From Octopus vulgaris (taxonomy: Eukaryota), in the NCBI GenBank assembly GCA_951406725.2, contig OX597815.1:183396001-183460000 (forward strand): a stretch of DNA of 64,000 bases. The letters run 5' to 3'. A program made the position numbers and the translations under genes. The notes under the pieces were generated by a model, which saw nothing but the letters and a program-made list of their open reading frames with translations, had not been told where the DNA came from and did not search any database. The number at the start of each line of letters is the position of its first letter. Within the stretch, counting starts at the first letter, position 1. Of this stretch, positions 1 to 14,900 are shown piece by piece.

Positions 1-574
1 AGCTAAGGGCTGCTACTGTGGCTAAATTGTTATCTCTCAGCCATAATCTTCATATTAGAAAATTTTTTAAATACTTTTAATTTTGGATGGGATTATGTGT
101 TTTCTTTTCCTTTAAGAAAAACTGCCAGACTTAGCATGTATGTATATATATACTTATATATATGTATGTATGTGTGTGTGCATATGTGCATATATATGTA
201 TGTATATGTGTGTGTATAAATATATATATACATGCACATAAATACACACACACATATATATACATATATATAATATATGACTTGGTATGTATTCAACAGC
301 CAAGGATGGAACTGTTTATGTTCTGAGATTTTAACTCAGATTATAGAAGGATGAAATTAAATGTTGCAAGGCAACTATCAATGGGGTCTACTTTTTCTGC
401 CACACCTCTGCCTTAACAAAGTCACTAAGAGAAAAATTAACTGTTATTTAGTCATTACTAATCACACTAAACAAATATTTTTAATCTTTAGTAAACACAT
501 AAATTAATAAATACTGTTATTCGCAAGAGGCACAACTGAGACATTTGCAAAAGGAGACAAAGCTTTTTACTTAC

Positions 575-812
575 TACAAGCATCATTGATTGTGGAATTA
601 GACTGCCAGTCAATAGTGATATTATTTTCAGCACATTCTCTTGTATAAGCTTCCAGGGCAATGCAAAATGCTTGTTTATTGTAATTTAAACTATTGCACA
701 TATCCCTCATGCAAAGTTTTTTATATGTGTCTGATCGAACAACGCTTAAGCATTCTTCAAATACTGGACTTTCCTCCAAAATTGAGCAGTACTTTGTAGC
801 CGTTTCTAAGTT
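575..812 (-). CDS. Exon 16, C8-2 domain (NLETATKYCSILEESPVFEEC..CMRDMC..AYTREC..DW)
   Basis: C8 cysteine pattern, CAG/GTAAG, 238 nt, phase 0-1. Confidence 0.96.
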
Positions 813-1932
813 CTGAAAGAATATTATGTGTTCAAATATTTTATTTATTAAGGAAGGAGTAAAAAGAGAAACACAAACAACAGCATATATTATGCATGAT
901 ACATGTATTTATATGCTTTTATAGAAAAATATTTCCAGATAACCAAAGATTCCGCATAAGCCATGTACGGGGATGATGTCAATAAGATGAGAGTTGGCCA
1001 TGAGAGTACAGTAATGAATTCAGTATGTCGGTAGGCATTCACTAGGGTTCATTTCCCACTCCCCTCTTATTCATCATTGACCACTAAGTCATAACAGAAG
1101 AATTCAAGATTGGCTTCCCCAGGGAACTAGTAAATATTGATGATTGCATTCTCATACCAGAATCATCATCATCATCATCGTTTAACGTCCGTTTTCCGTG
1201 CTAGCATGGGTTGGACGGTTCGACTGGGGTCTGGGAAGCCAAGAGGCTGAACCAGGCTCCAGTCTGATCTGGCAGTGTTTCTACAGCTGGATGCCACTCC
1301 TAACGCCAACCACTCTGTGAGTGTAGTGGGTGCTTTTTACGTGCCAGGCGAGGCTGGCAATGGCCATGATCGGTTGGTGCTTTTTACGTGCCACTGGCAC
1401 AGAATCCAGTCAAGGCGGCACTTTGCATCGGCCACGTTCAGATGGTGCTTTTTACGTGCCACCAGCACACAAAAGAATTCCAGGTGTGAATGCAAAACCT
1501 GAAATTGAAGGTCTTACAGTTAACTTAGCAAAGACCAGCATTCTAGTAAGCCGGAAAACAGATAGAACTCTACCTCCTTCAGGTAAATGGCCCTGCTTAG
1601 TATGTAGGAATGGTGTAGGCAAATGGTGCTGAGTAGTGACAGGAAGGTTAGTGGAGAAAGTAGTGTTTGTACGTGGAAAATGCAGAGATGCCATAAAAAC
1701 CTAAGATACATTGGAAATAGATTTTGTCAAATGCCCTGGAGAGTTGCTAGAGATAGTAGATAGTTTATGTTACCAGTACAGCTTAATTAGCCATAGGAAT
1801 ATGTCCTGAAATGAAAATATAGTTGCTAGAATACGAATGGGATAGAGTGAGTTCAGAGAGCTATTTACCACTATTGGAAATAGAAGGTCTCTCTTTCTTT
1901 CTCTCTCTCTCACATATATGTGTGTGTGTGTG

Positions 1933-1982
<50 letters not shown>

Positions 1983-3600
1983 TATACATACACTCCACTA
2001 TATGTATATATAAATCCAAAAAATGTAACAAGAATGCAACAGACAACAATAAGATGTCCAGACAGATAGACAATACAAAACAGACAAGAAAAAATAAGGA
2101 CGGGTCCATTGCAGCCTTCTCTCATCAGCCAAGTATGCAGATCGTCCTTACAGTTTTCGCCAGTTACACTTGAGATTGTTAAAATCTGGCTGGCCCCAAA
2201 AATCTAAGCTTAGAGCATTAAATTTTGGGGGAGAAAGCAAGTGAGTGTGTATATTTTTTTTCGTTGTTTTGTACACATTCTCTTGAAATACAGATAACTG
2301 GAAATTTTCATAGAAATGATTCTCCTAGAACTGGGGTCCATAGATAAAAAATGGTTGAGAAACCACTGATCTAGACTAAACCCAATTTAACATTTAATAG
2401 AAGGACAAATAGGAATTACTGCTCAAATAATATTTGATTAATCCTTAAACAGTCGGAGAGGGTTGCACCAATGTGTGTGCCTAATCGACAAAAGACGAAA
2501 GGAACCACTTTTCCTTAAATGTAATTGTTATAGTCATTTTCAGTTTAAATAAGTACAAAAATTACAATAATTGTTGATCACTCACACAATAAAATTTACG
2601 ATCTCATTATTGAAAATTACCATAAAATATTCAGTTTCCTTTGATGATGGCTATATTCATGTTAAATTGATGATGTCAGCTATTTAAAGGTTACTTAAGA
2701 AACTGAATAATACACACATAATATAAATATATCATGTGTAAAATATGTGTATATAAAATATATTCCTGTCTGCTTTGCTTATTTTAGATCAGCTGGGGTA
2801 GCTGAAATGTAGCTGAAATGTAAAAATGCTGCACTTTTGAATAAAGCAGTTTAGAGTTTATATAGAGAGTTTAAAGTTTAGTGAAGAGACTTTTATAAAA
2901 AAAATTAATAAAAACTTACAGAATCGTCTATAACACATGGGTCCACATCAGTTTCTTCTACTTGTTCTGCAGGACATGATAGGCTCACAAATTCTTTGAT
3001 AAACTCATTTTTATGCAATACTAATCCATTATAGCTAGTGAAATCATTATTTAAAGAATTATCAAAGTTCCCACAGAGGCCAAGCACCTGCAAAACAAAT
3101 GCATAATTTTAAATAGATTAAAAATAAAGTGAGATTAAATTTTGCTCAAATAGATTTTATATATGTATACTAAATACCGATTATTTTATTTCAGTTAAAA
3201 AATGATTCATCAAATAAATACATAATCTCATAAAAGCTAACAGTGTTGATTTAAAAGAAAGAAACAATAGAACAAATTAAATACCTAAAAGTAATATTCT
3301 TTTAGTCTTTTATCTGTTTCAGACATTTGACTGACTATGTTGAACAAGCCAACCCCATGACTTATTCTTTGTCAGCCTAGTACTTATTCTATTCCTCTCT
3401 TTTGCCGAGCTGCTAAGTTTGGTTACGTAAACACATCAACATCGATTGTCAAGCAATGATGGAGGAACAAACACAGATACACAAACATATACATACATAC
3501 ATACATACATATATATATATATATATTATATTTGAGGTGTATTCCGTTAGGAATGCAGCAGAGTACAAAATAGAGCTTGTTGACTATCTTATTCATATTA

Positions 3601-3650
<50 letters not shown>

Positions 3651-6600
3651 ATTCATATTATATATATATATATATATATACACAATGGGCTTCTTTCAGT
3701 TTCCATCTACAATATCTACTCATAAGGCCTTGGTCAACCCGAGGCTCTAGTAGAAGACTCTTCCCCAAGGTGCCACACAGCGAGACTGAACCTGGAACCA
3801 TGTGGTTGAGAAGTAAGCTTCTTACCACACTGCAATGTTCAAAAATATTTTAAAGTAGGTTTCATTTCTGCAGTATTACAATAATAACAATTTTAGTAGA
3901 TAAGAACGTTATCCTTTATCTAGAATTAATAGTTCTACAGTAAGGCCAGTTCAGTATTGCTTGTTAAATCAGATGAAATGTTGGGTAAAAGTAATTATAT
4001 GCATATGCTTCTAAGCTGAAGCTAATAGTCTTAAAAACATTTTCATTCAAATAAAACATACTCTTATTTCTTTATTGCCCACAAGGGGCCAAACATAGAG
4101 GGGACAAACAAGGACAGACAAAAGGATTAAGTAATAACTGGTACTTAATTAATCTGGTACTTAATTAATCGCCCCCGAAAGGATGAAAGGCAAAGTTGAC
4201 CTCGGCGGAATTTGAACTCAGAACGTAAGTGGCAGACGAAATACCGCTAAGCATTTCACCCGGCGCGCTAACGTTTCTGCCATACTCTTGTTTCACCAAA
4301 ATATAGTTGTTAAAAGTTCAGGTCCTTAAAGATAAAACTATTTGGTTAAGATGAAAATAATCTGGCCAAACAGGGATTTTAGCCTCTATTTCAAGGAATA
4401 TGTGCCATGATTTAAAAAGTATTGTTTTGAAATTAGATACTTAGTAATGTTGGTTGTTACTATTGCAGAGTTTGGTTCATATTACAAGGTGTAGTCAAAA
4501 ATTATCCAACTTTGATTTTTTTTTTTTGCACAAAATAATAATATGTGAGCAAAATCCACATGGGTATTAGGTGGCCACGTCCTTCCTGAGTATGTACAAA
4601 AATTATTGTGTCTGTAGGTCGCACCATTTGCCTGCAGTGACGCGTTGAGTACAGACGTGAAGAGTGTGCTGTGTGATAATTCTTTTTGAATCAAGATGAC
4701 CAAATACATTGAGCAAAGATACTGATGTGAGGCAGCTGGAAATCTCGAACCTTTTTATAGCAGCAGCTTTCCTAGTATTCCTACCAATTCCTTATTTCCG
4801 TTTCCAGGTCATAATGGCGTGGAACGAAGGAAAATTTAATAAAGCATTACACAACTTTATGCATACAATCGTTATTGACAAAGTTCATAGTAGTCATAGA
4901 GCCATCACAATCATTCCTTAATAAAGCTTATGGTTTAATTCAGGGAAGAAGTTGATTTACTTCCCTTTGCTGCTTTTTATTAGAAGTTATCTCCCCTTAA
5001 TTTTTTATTACTTTTGGTACACTCGTAAACTGAACAATTCCTTCAATATCCACTAAACGACCATAGTTTTTCACATTTTTTTCCCGCTAAAAACCTACCT
5101 AATTACTGGCGCAAACTGAGAGCAGCTGGTCAAGCTCATATATTTTGATATATTTTTAAACCCATGTGTTACAGTTAGCAATACCAGGCTTTGTAGCTGA
5201 TGCAACATGTTTGGAGTAGGCTGATTGAAGCTGAAAATGTGGATGGAGATGACTTAATATCTTTTTTGCTTAGCTTTCTTATTGATATGAATAAAACAGA
5301 TTCAATATGAGACTTCAATTGAGATTTAAAACTTTTATTCAAAATACACTTTCCTTTTCAGCTTAAGCATAAACCACGCCCGGCGTGCTAACGTTTCTGC
5401 CAGCTCGCCGCCTTCTTACTGACAAAATTCCGTGCTGCATGTCAACCACCAGATGCAGCACCGAATTTTGTTAGTGAACAGGTCGCGGTCTAAAAGCGAC
5501 GAAAATATTTTGACAAATTAAATTCAAATGTTGAAGGGAATCTAACGGTTTTTGTGTGTTTCTTAAATGGCTTACAAGCACCTTTCACGCTGCAATTGTT
5601 TTTCTTTCAGCACACGATCGCAGATCAGGTCACTTGCTATTCAAATACATTTGCATAATTTTTAAATTCTATTTACAAACAAAAAAACTTTTCAAGGGAG
5701 ATCACTCGCAATATATTTTGGTAGTTATTTCCCTTGAATTTTTCCCAATCGTGGTTCTTCTTGAGAGTATAATTCATGTTAAGACCAGCAACAATGAATT
5801 GTTTCAAATTTTGGCACAAAGCCAACAATTTTTTTTGCTTAGGAGGCAATTGTCGATCACATCGCATCCAATATTTGACTGCTACTTCACTTTGGCGCTA
5901 AACATTTTGTTCAGCATGTTAACAATTCGTCCAGCTCGCCGTCTTATCATATTTCATATTGATTGGAGAAGAAAATGACCAAATGTGCTGCAGAATTTAA
6001 TTTCATCCCTCTCAGTTATCAGCAAGAATCCTACTTGAGTGGAATGTTTCTACATTTAGCTCTGGTAAAAATATACAGGACAAAAATACTGCCATCAATT
6101 TAGTTGAGTACACTATTCTATAAGATTACAAACAATTAGCCTTGTGCATAATTAAGAGACATCAAGTTAAATAGTTTCGTTTTCGGATTTGGTTTGCAAG
6201 ATTCTTTATATGAGTTCGTGTGTTGAAGCATATTCTGTTGTGTCTGGAGAGAGTCATTTTCTTTTTGTGTCTTATAATTTAACACCCTCATCGGTAAAAT
6301 AAGAAATAAGTGGAAATTTTACCAGTGAGTGTGTTAAAGGCATAAAAAGAAAATGACTCTCCCCAGTCACAACAGAAGTTAAATAGTTTTCTTCTACAGT
6401 CCAGTCTGATCCCTTTTTTTTTTTTTGTTTAATATTTTTCAGGCACAAATTTTTTTTAGGAAAAACTTGTTTGGAATAATTTGTTGCAGATTACCTTTAT
6501 TCAAGACCCAGCCACCCATTGATGTATGGCAAAATGATGGTGAAATGGAGGTTGTGATGAAGATTGGAATAGAGACCTGTTCATATTGGAACCCCACTAC

Positions 6601-9119
6601 CACCATCACCCACGTATTACACCATGTCAGGCTGCCTGTGTAACAAGCTGATGTCCTATCAATCCATATTCAAACTCTTTTACCATTGCCTGTCCTTTTG
6701 CTAATTATCATTTTTTCCCATTAGTCCCCCCACCCAAATTATGACTTCTTTTTATTCTTACTATCCCTCACTTCTTCTTGCTCTTATCATCACTCATTAT
6801 TGCGTAGGAGTGGCTTTGTGGTAAGTAGCTTGCCTACAAACTACATGGTTCCGGGTTCAGTCCCACTGCGTGGCACCTTGGGCAAGTGTCTTCTACTATA
6901 GCCTTGGGCTGACCAAAGCCTTGTGAGTGGATGTGGCAGATGGAAACTGAAAGAAGCCCATTGTATATATGTATATATGTATGTGTGTGTATATATTTGT
7001 GTGTCTGTGTTTGTCTCCCCAACATTGCTTTACAACCGATGTTGGTGTGTTTATGTCCCCGTAACTTAGCGGTTTGGCAAAAGAACCGATAGAATAAGTA
7101 CTAGACTTACAAAGAATAAGGCCTGGGATCTATTTGCTTGGCTAAAGGCAGTGCTCCAGCATGGCTGCAGTCAAATGACTGAAACAAGTAAAAGAGTAAT
7201 CTCTCATTCAATGCTCCCTCCTTCATTCATTTTTGATTTATGTGTTTGCTCTCTTTCTCTCTCCAATCTTATCACTGTTTTCCTTCCATTAATACCCCCT
7301 TTATCACTGTCTTGGTTTAGTTCTTTCCTTGATAGCTCTCTTCTATTCATCCTCACCATTATGTTTCTTTGAACAAACAGAGGAGGCAGTGTAATATAGA
7401 GAAGACACTTAAATATTGTCAGAAGTTTGCTTGTACCATGATAAAATTCACCCAGTACATTCTTGCAAAGTAGTTGGTGTTAGAAAGGGTACCCATTCAT
7501 AAAGAAACTATGTCAAAAACGAATGTGAAAGAAAGATGTGACTGAGTTATTGAAACAAGCAGTGACTCCAAATAAAAACTGTTTCAGACTGTATCAACCC
7601 ACCCAACTTATAATATGTAATATATAATGAAATTATTGTATATAGTGCTCAGGTGCACCACAACTTGTCAAAAGTGCATATAAAGCATATGCAGTAATGT
7701 ACAAATGTCTGGAAAGTGAACAGTGCATGAGTCAGATACATGCTTGCATGTGTATGGAGGGGAGAAAATCAGGTGTAGTGTTGGTGAGTCTCAGGAAGCA
7801 TGGAAGTTTTGAAGGATGCAGTGCTCCGACAACTAACAACAGCACGGAGAGCAGAATTATGGTAATGAGAATTATGATGCTGCTCCAGTATTAATTAATT
7901 CATTCAATAAATGATCCTAATTTATTATTTTAAATTGAAAGCTGATAAAAATCAAATTTGTTCACTTACTTGTCCACTGAACTTCGGGTCCAGTTTTATG
8001 TAGACTGCTTCGCCTACTTCATATGAAATACTGAAATAGTCACTTTCAAGGAAGTAGAAGTTATTTGTTACTTTTTTCACAAAAATGTGGCTCCCAGAGA
8101 AAACAGTGTCATTTTGATATAGGGAATTGATGAAATATCCTGTCGGTTTGATTGAGATAGTATAATGATGCATCTTAACATTAAGTTTGAAAAAACAGTT
8201 GATGTCAGAATTAAATGGAGAAGAACAACTCTCAAATTCGAGTGATATCTTTAGATCGTTTGTTGTATTTATAGACTGAAAAGAAGGGAAAACATTTTTT
8301 TATAGTAATTAGAAATGTGTTTTGTAATTAGATGTAAAAAGTATTAAAACAATTATTTTTCGAAAGGTTTTGTTAATTAATAAATAGAGTTATATGAACA
8401 GATGAATTACTTGAAAATATGAGTAAATGTGGGTTTTAATGGATGAAAATTAAAACTGAAATATTCAAATATCAAACACTAATTGGTAATGCTCATTCAT
8501 TGAAAATCAGGAGAAAAGAGTTGTTTAGTCAGAAGATCTTTTACTGTGAAGAACTTGAAAATCCTTTTGAAAAACAAGCTATTCATATCTTAGAAACATT
8601 TTTACTCACCTGAACAAGGGTATATTCACAAGCAGCTGGTGACATGGTATAAACTGATGCATCAAAGGTAGTGAAAGTGTTTTGCCCAATGAGGCTGCAT
8701 GTTTTAGGACATTGCTTTGTTGCACATTGCCATACACTGTTTACACATTCGCTGTAAAGTAAAATAAAATTTCGACAATGTAAACAATGAACCTACATTT
8801 TTTGGTTTAGAAAAGATCTTTTAAAGGAACTCTAGATAAATTGTTTATGAGACTAGTTCAGCACATTTTTAAAAATGCTAAAATTAGGACCAAAATTAGC
8901 ATTTGGGGAAAATTGCAGAGTATAAAAAAGAAAACAGAGAATATTGAACATTATATAGGCATAGGAGTGGCTGTGTGGTAAGTAGCTTGCTTACGAACCA
9001 CATGCTTCTGGGTTCAGTCCCACTGTGTGGCACCTTGGGCGAGTGTCTTCTACTATAGCCTCGGGCCGACCAAAGCCTTGAGAGTGGATTTGGTAGATGG
9101 AAACTGAAAGAAGCCCATC

Positions 9120-9177
<58 letters not shown>

Positions 9178-11341
9178 ATGTATATGTTTGTGTGTCTGTG
9201 TTTGTCCCCACAACATCGCTTAACAACCAATGCTGGTGCGTTTATATCTCCGTAACTTAGTAGTTCGGCAAAAGAGACCGATAGATTAAGTACTAGGCTT
9301 TCAAAGAATAAGTCCTGGGGTCGATTTGCTCGACTAAAAGCGGTGCTCCAGCATGGCCACACTCAAATGACTGAAACAAATAAAAGAAAAAAGAATAAAA
9401 GAATTACCAGGGATAGCAATCCATATATGTGGATGTTCCATTCGAGTATTTCTTTCCGTTATATTCACATGGACATTGTTCTTCAGTTATGCACTTTCCT
9501 TGTTCATAGCGTTGTCCATCAGGGCAATAGCAGCCAGGAACACAAGAAAAATCACAGCTCTCTTCTGCATTTCCACCACCACCGCCACAAAAGTTTGGGC
9601 AAGCAGGTCCACAGTCACTGTATACCATTCCTCCAGGACAATCAGTTGCTAATAAATAAATTCAAAATTTACAATTATTTTATTTTCTCTAAAAGATTTT
9701 CATTGAGCAAAATAACCAAGTACTTAAATTATTAAGTCTACCAATTCCAGTACCAGGGATTTGAAACCTTGCATTCGTAAGACACATTAATTATTATTTA
9801 TTTTGATATAAGTCCCCAAATATCATTCTAAAGTTGGTACCGTTTTTAAATGTTCATGCTCGGAATATTCTGATGACTTTTTGATAAGAACAATAAATGA
9901 AATTTACATAAAGTGTTGTCTCAGCTTGGAACTGAGAAAATCAATTTATATTATGGCTTCTTTTGACATGGTCAGTTTCAATATTTTCTTTGGAGTCTGG
10001 AGAATATTTTCTCTGCGATGCCACAGGAAATTCATGGATGGTATTTGTTATCTTTATTGTATTAACCCTTTTAGCTTTTCGATTCCTTTGTCAAATGTAA
10101 TGCTTCTTTATTCGCGCTGTTTTAAGTTAATCATCATCATCATTTAGCGTCCGTTTTACATGCTGGCATGGGTTGGACGGTTCAACTGGGGTCTGTGAAG
10201 CCAGAAGGCTGCATCAGGCCCAGTCTGATCTGGCAGTGTTTCTATGGCTGGATGTCCTTCCTAACGCCAACCACTCCGTGAGTGTAGTGGGTGCTTTTTA
10301 CGTGCCACCCGCACAGGTGCCAGACGGAGCTGGCAAATGGCCACGAACGGATGGTGCTTTTATGTGCCACCGGCACGGGGGCCAGGCGAGGCTGGCAACG
10401 GACTCATGCATTATTTTCTGGCTTAAGATTTCAGTGGTGTGTTTGTATATTTTTAGAACAATATTGTAGGGTAGGTGTGAGAAGTTGGATCTGGTCAGTT
10501 TTAATGTAAAGCTGAGAGAATATTTGGGCTGGATTTGGCTGGATTAAATATCAAAGAATTCATGAAATGGGAGTTACGAAGTCTCAAACTAGGGTATTAT
10601 AATTCACGAGTCAACTGTCAGGAAACTTAGAGTGTTAGGTAAACCACCTCCTCCTCCTCATCATCATCATTTTAGGATAGTCAGAGGCAGACAAGTAGTG
10701 CCTATGGTTTTTGCAAGTGTTCACAAATTAGTAAGATTGGGGTGCACACCTTAACAGATGCAGACCCAAGCCCGTTGGAAACATATGAGCAGAGGAGAAG
10801 CAAACTGCTTACCACTCAGCCATATCAGAGCTATGACGACATTTTAAATTCAAAACCAAAACAAAAAAAAAAGCTAGAATGACTGAATGTATATTTACTA
10901 TTTTTTTTTTTTTTTGCTTTTACTTGTTTCAGTCATTTGACTGCGGTCATGCTGGAGCACCACCTTTAGTCAAACAAATCGACCCCAGGACTTATTCTTT
11001 GTAAACCTAATACTTTTGCTATTGGTTTCTTTTGCCAAACTGCTAAGTTACAAGGATGTAAACATACCAACATAGGTTGTCAAGTGATGGTGGGGGGACA
11101 AACACAGATTCACAAACACAGACTACATACATATACATATATATATATATGTGTACCGTTGGTGATTTTTTCTCCTCTGTCTTCCCTTCTCTGGCTCTTT
11201 CCTTCTCCTATGTTTCCGACGAAGAGCTCCGCTCGAAACGTTAAACCCTCCTTCTTTCCTTCTTTCCTGAGCATTCAATAATACTATATTTGTTCCACAT
11301 CCTCGCGTTGTTGTGTTTTTTTTGTGCTTTCTTGTTTGGAT

Positions 11342-11403
<62 letters not shown>

Positions 11404-11544
11404 AGCATTTTAAAAATGTGCTGAACTAGTCTCATAAACAATTTATCTAGAGTCCTTTAACCTAAACAAAAAATGTAGGTTCATTGTTTAGTCATGGACC
11501 GTCAACCCATGCTAGCATGGAAAGCAGACGTTAAATGATGATGA

Positions 11545-11584
<40 letters not shown>

Positions 11585-11697
11585 TATATAGAAGGAGCTT
11601 CTACAGGACTAGAACTGTTTCATTCAAAAGAAATCATCAGGAATCCCTGTATTGAGTACCTTATTTACTGTGGTTAACCCCGACTCAACCCGGGACC

Positions 11698-11757
<60 letters not shown>

Positions 11758-11912
11758 TATTGGTTGAAATTGGTGCGGATGTACAACCATCGGTTGCAAC
11801 ACCATGTGGTTGTACCTCCAACCGTGCTGTTTACTGCTGTGATTTTTGCTACCAAGGTATCGGTTAAACTTTTGATTAATCTACTACAAGATTATTCATC
11901 TTTCTATTTCAC

Positions 11913-11954
<42 letters not shown>

Positions 11955-14900
11955 CACACATACATACATACATATATACACACAAAGTAATATAGGGGTT
12001 ATGGGTGTAACCCACTATGGGATATCATTTATCCAATATACTGAGACTTTTAAAATCTGTATTTGTATTATTATCTTATCTATTGATTTATATAACATTT
12101 TGTATGCTTTTGATGTTCTCATTTGTAAAATGAATAAATAATCCAACATTATAATATCCGTAAGTTGATGAACAAACTAAATTTGTTTCTCCATTTTCTT
12201 ATTTGTATCATATATATATAATACGACAGGCTTCTTTCAGTTTCCATCTACCGAATCCCCTCACAAGGTTTTGGTTGACCTGAGACTATAGTAGAAGACA
12301 CTTGCTCAAGGTGCCATGCAGTGGGACTGAACCCAGAACCATGTAGTTGGGAAGCAAGCTTCTTACCACACAGCCACTCCTGTGCCTATTTGTTGTTTCT
12401 TCTGCTTATAATCAGAAATTATCCATCATTAACACCACATAATGTTACTCTCTGCTTTGTTTCCTATGTGAGCATGAACTGAACTGATATTTCTTCCCTC
12501 TCTTTCTCATTAAACCTTCTTCCCTTCTAGGTATTACCAAGATAACAAAAAAGAAGAAAATATAATTACGGCAAATGTTATTATCATTTCTCCAGTCCGA
12601 AATGGGTATATTCAATGTTCCGTGTTCAAAAGCTGAATTTCTTACACTTAAGCAAGCTATCTCCATTGCTTCACTTGCCGAAGCACTTTCACGGACGACA
12701 CCATAACAGTAGTTAAGCATAACAGTGCACTCAGTCTGAGAAAATAAGATGATTATCAGAGATTAGATGGAGAAGAATATAAAATTATTAAAAATAGGTA
12801 GACATCACGTTTTGAAAATGTTAAATAAGGAGAGAAAAATAGTGGAAAATATTTAACCATTTTGTTACTGTATTTATTTTGTGATGCTCTGTGTTTCTTT
12901 CAATTACTTTAAATATAACAAAGAAATTAGTAAAATAACTTAGTTATCATTAAGCTAGTGTTAGGGACATAAATTGTGACTAAGGTTTGGAGGAAGATTT
13001 TAATTCAGAATTTTTGCAAACAAGACATTTGTACTAAGAGCCTGAGGCGGTTTCAGTCAGGTTGGTACTAAAAGGGTTAAATGCTAAAGTGTTAATCTCC
13101 CAACCTGCACAAAGACACCTCCTTCAGTATTTTTCCATCTCCCAGCTGAGGGCTTTTTGTCTTGCAATTTACTTGGTGCCACAAACAAAGTACCAGTGTT
13201 AATGCCACATCAAGAACACCCAGTGCACTCCTTAATCCTTTTGTTACCGTATTTCTGTTGAGATGCTCCGTGTTTCTTTCAATTAATTTTAAATATAACA
13301 ATGAGTTTAGTAAAATAACTTAGTTATCTTAAAGCTAGTGTTAGGAACATAAATTGTGACTAAGATTCGGTGGAAGATTTTAATTCAGAATTTTTGAAAA
13401 CAAGACATTTGTACAACAGAGTCAGAGGCGGTTTCAGCCAGGTTGGTATCAAAAGTATTAACTAGATATGGAGCATTTGATAAACTATGGTGATATGTCA
13501 AAATTTGTCAAAAATGGTTTAGAAATTATCATAGGTTGAAAGAATGAATTTACGGAGCATATTGGATAATTAACACAATTTTAATATTGAAGGAAAATGA
13601 AATCACAATGAAATATTTTGAATATAAGAGAGTATTTTAAAAGTTCTTGTTTTACTCACACAAATTCCAAATGAAGCAATTTTATAACATATCGCATTTG
13701 CTTCTGGATAGGTACTGTCTTGAGATGTAGTGATTTCATGTAGTGTGGACTGGGTAAAGAAAGAGATGGAATCAGTTTTATATCGCAGAAAAAGGCATGG
13801 ATTATATGTATATGATATATTAGATATATAAGTGAATCTGTGAGGCCTAATTTACAAAAAATAAATACTTTTATTCTTATTCCTTTACAAACACAGACAC
13901 AAAGATACACACACATGCACACAAAGGGTTTGTTTCAGTTTCCATCTACCAAATCCACCCACAAGGCTTTGGCTAGCCTGAGGCTATAGCAGAAGACACT
14001 TGTCCAAGATGCCATGCAGTGGGACTGAACCTGAAACCATGTGGTTGGAAAGCAAATGTCTTACCCCACAGCTATGCCTATACCTTGTTTATCTTTTGAC
14101 GCAGTCAATAAAACTATATTTCAGGAGAGAGAAAATAATGCAGAGTAACACTGAGGTCTTTCCTGAGGAATTTACTTTGTAAAGGAACTGTCTGGAACGG
14201 GTTGTGTCTTTTGCACTGTTTGGGTGCAACACAATTTCCTTCTTTGTTTCCAAAAACTACCGGTGTCAGGAACAAGAAAGCAACCTTAAAAATATGACAC
14301 GTTATTTCGTTATTTACATAAAGAAGGCACGTTGGTAAATTGGTAACCACTTGGTGTAGGTACAGCAAGACTGAAGTTAAACATTTGTAAAGATAAACCT
14401 CACAACAACTCCAGCAGCAACAGAGCCGGTCGAATCCCAAGCGTCTGGGACAGGAGCAAAGGCTGATAACACATTAAACATGTCTTCTCTCTTCAACGAA
14501 CGCCATAGAATTCTCGTTCCCAGTTTTTAGCGCATGTGCATTAGGGAACTTCCTTAGGCCTTTCCAGAAGGTTCCAGCCCCGCACACGCACACTGAAGAA
14601 TGATGTCACTACAACTTGTACAAGAGAATTGTAATGGTTTTAACCAGTTACTAAAACCAGTTGCATGGACTTGGTTTACCAGGAGTGCAGTGCCTGTCAT
14701 GGTTAGAATTATTAAATGATGGATTCAAATTTTGGCAGAAAACTAGCAAATTTAGAGGGAGAGGGGTCAGTCATTTAAAGTGCTTCCAGTACTCAACTTG
14801 TACTTCTTTTATTGACCTTAAAAGAATGAAAGACAAAGTCAGTGCTGGTGGTATTTGAAATGAGAGGGTGAAGCCAAAAGAGATGCCAACAGCTGCAGGA

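Noticed and set aside
93-296. YIYI/THTH/CVCV ORFs here and throughout the ORF track
   Set aside because: Dinucleotide microsatellite artifacts.
2010-2250. (TA)n-adjacent module with CTGATGA on the minus strand
   Set aside because: No correctly placed GAAA; too degenerate to call.
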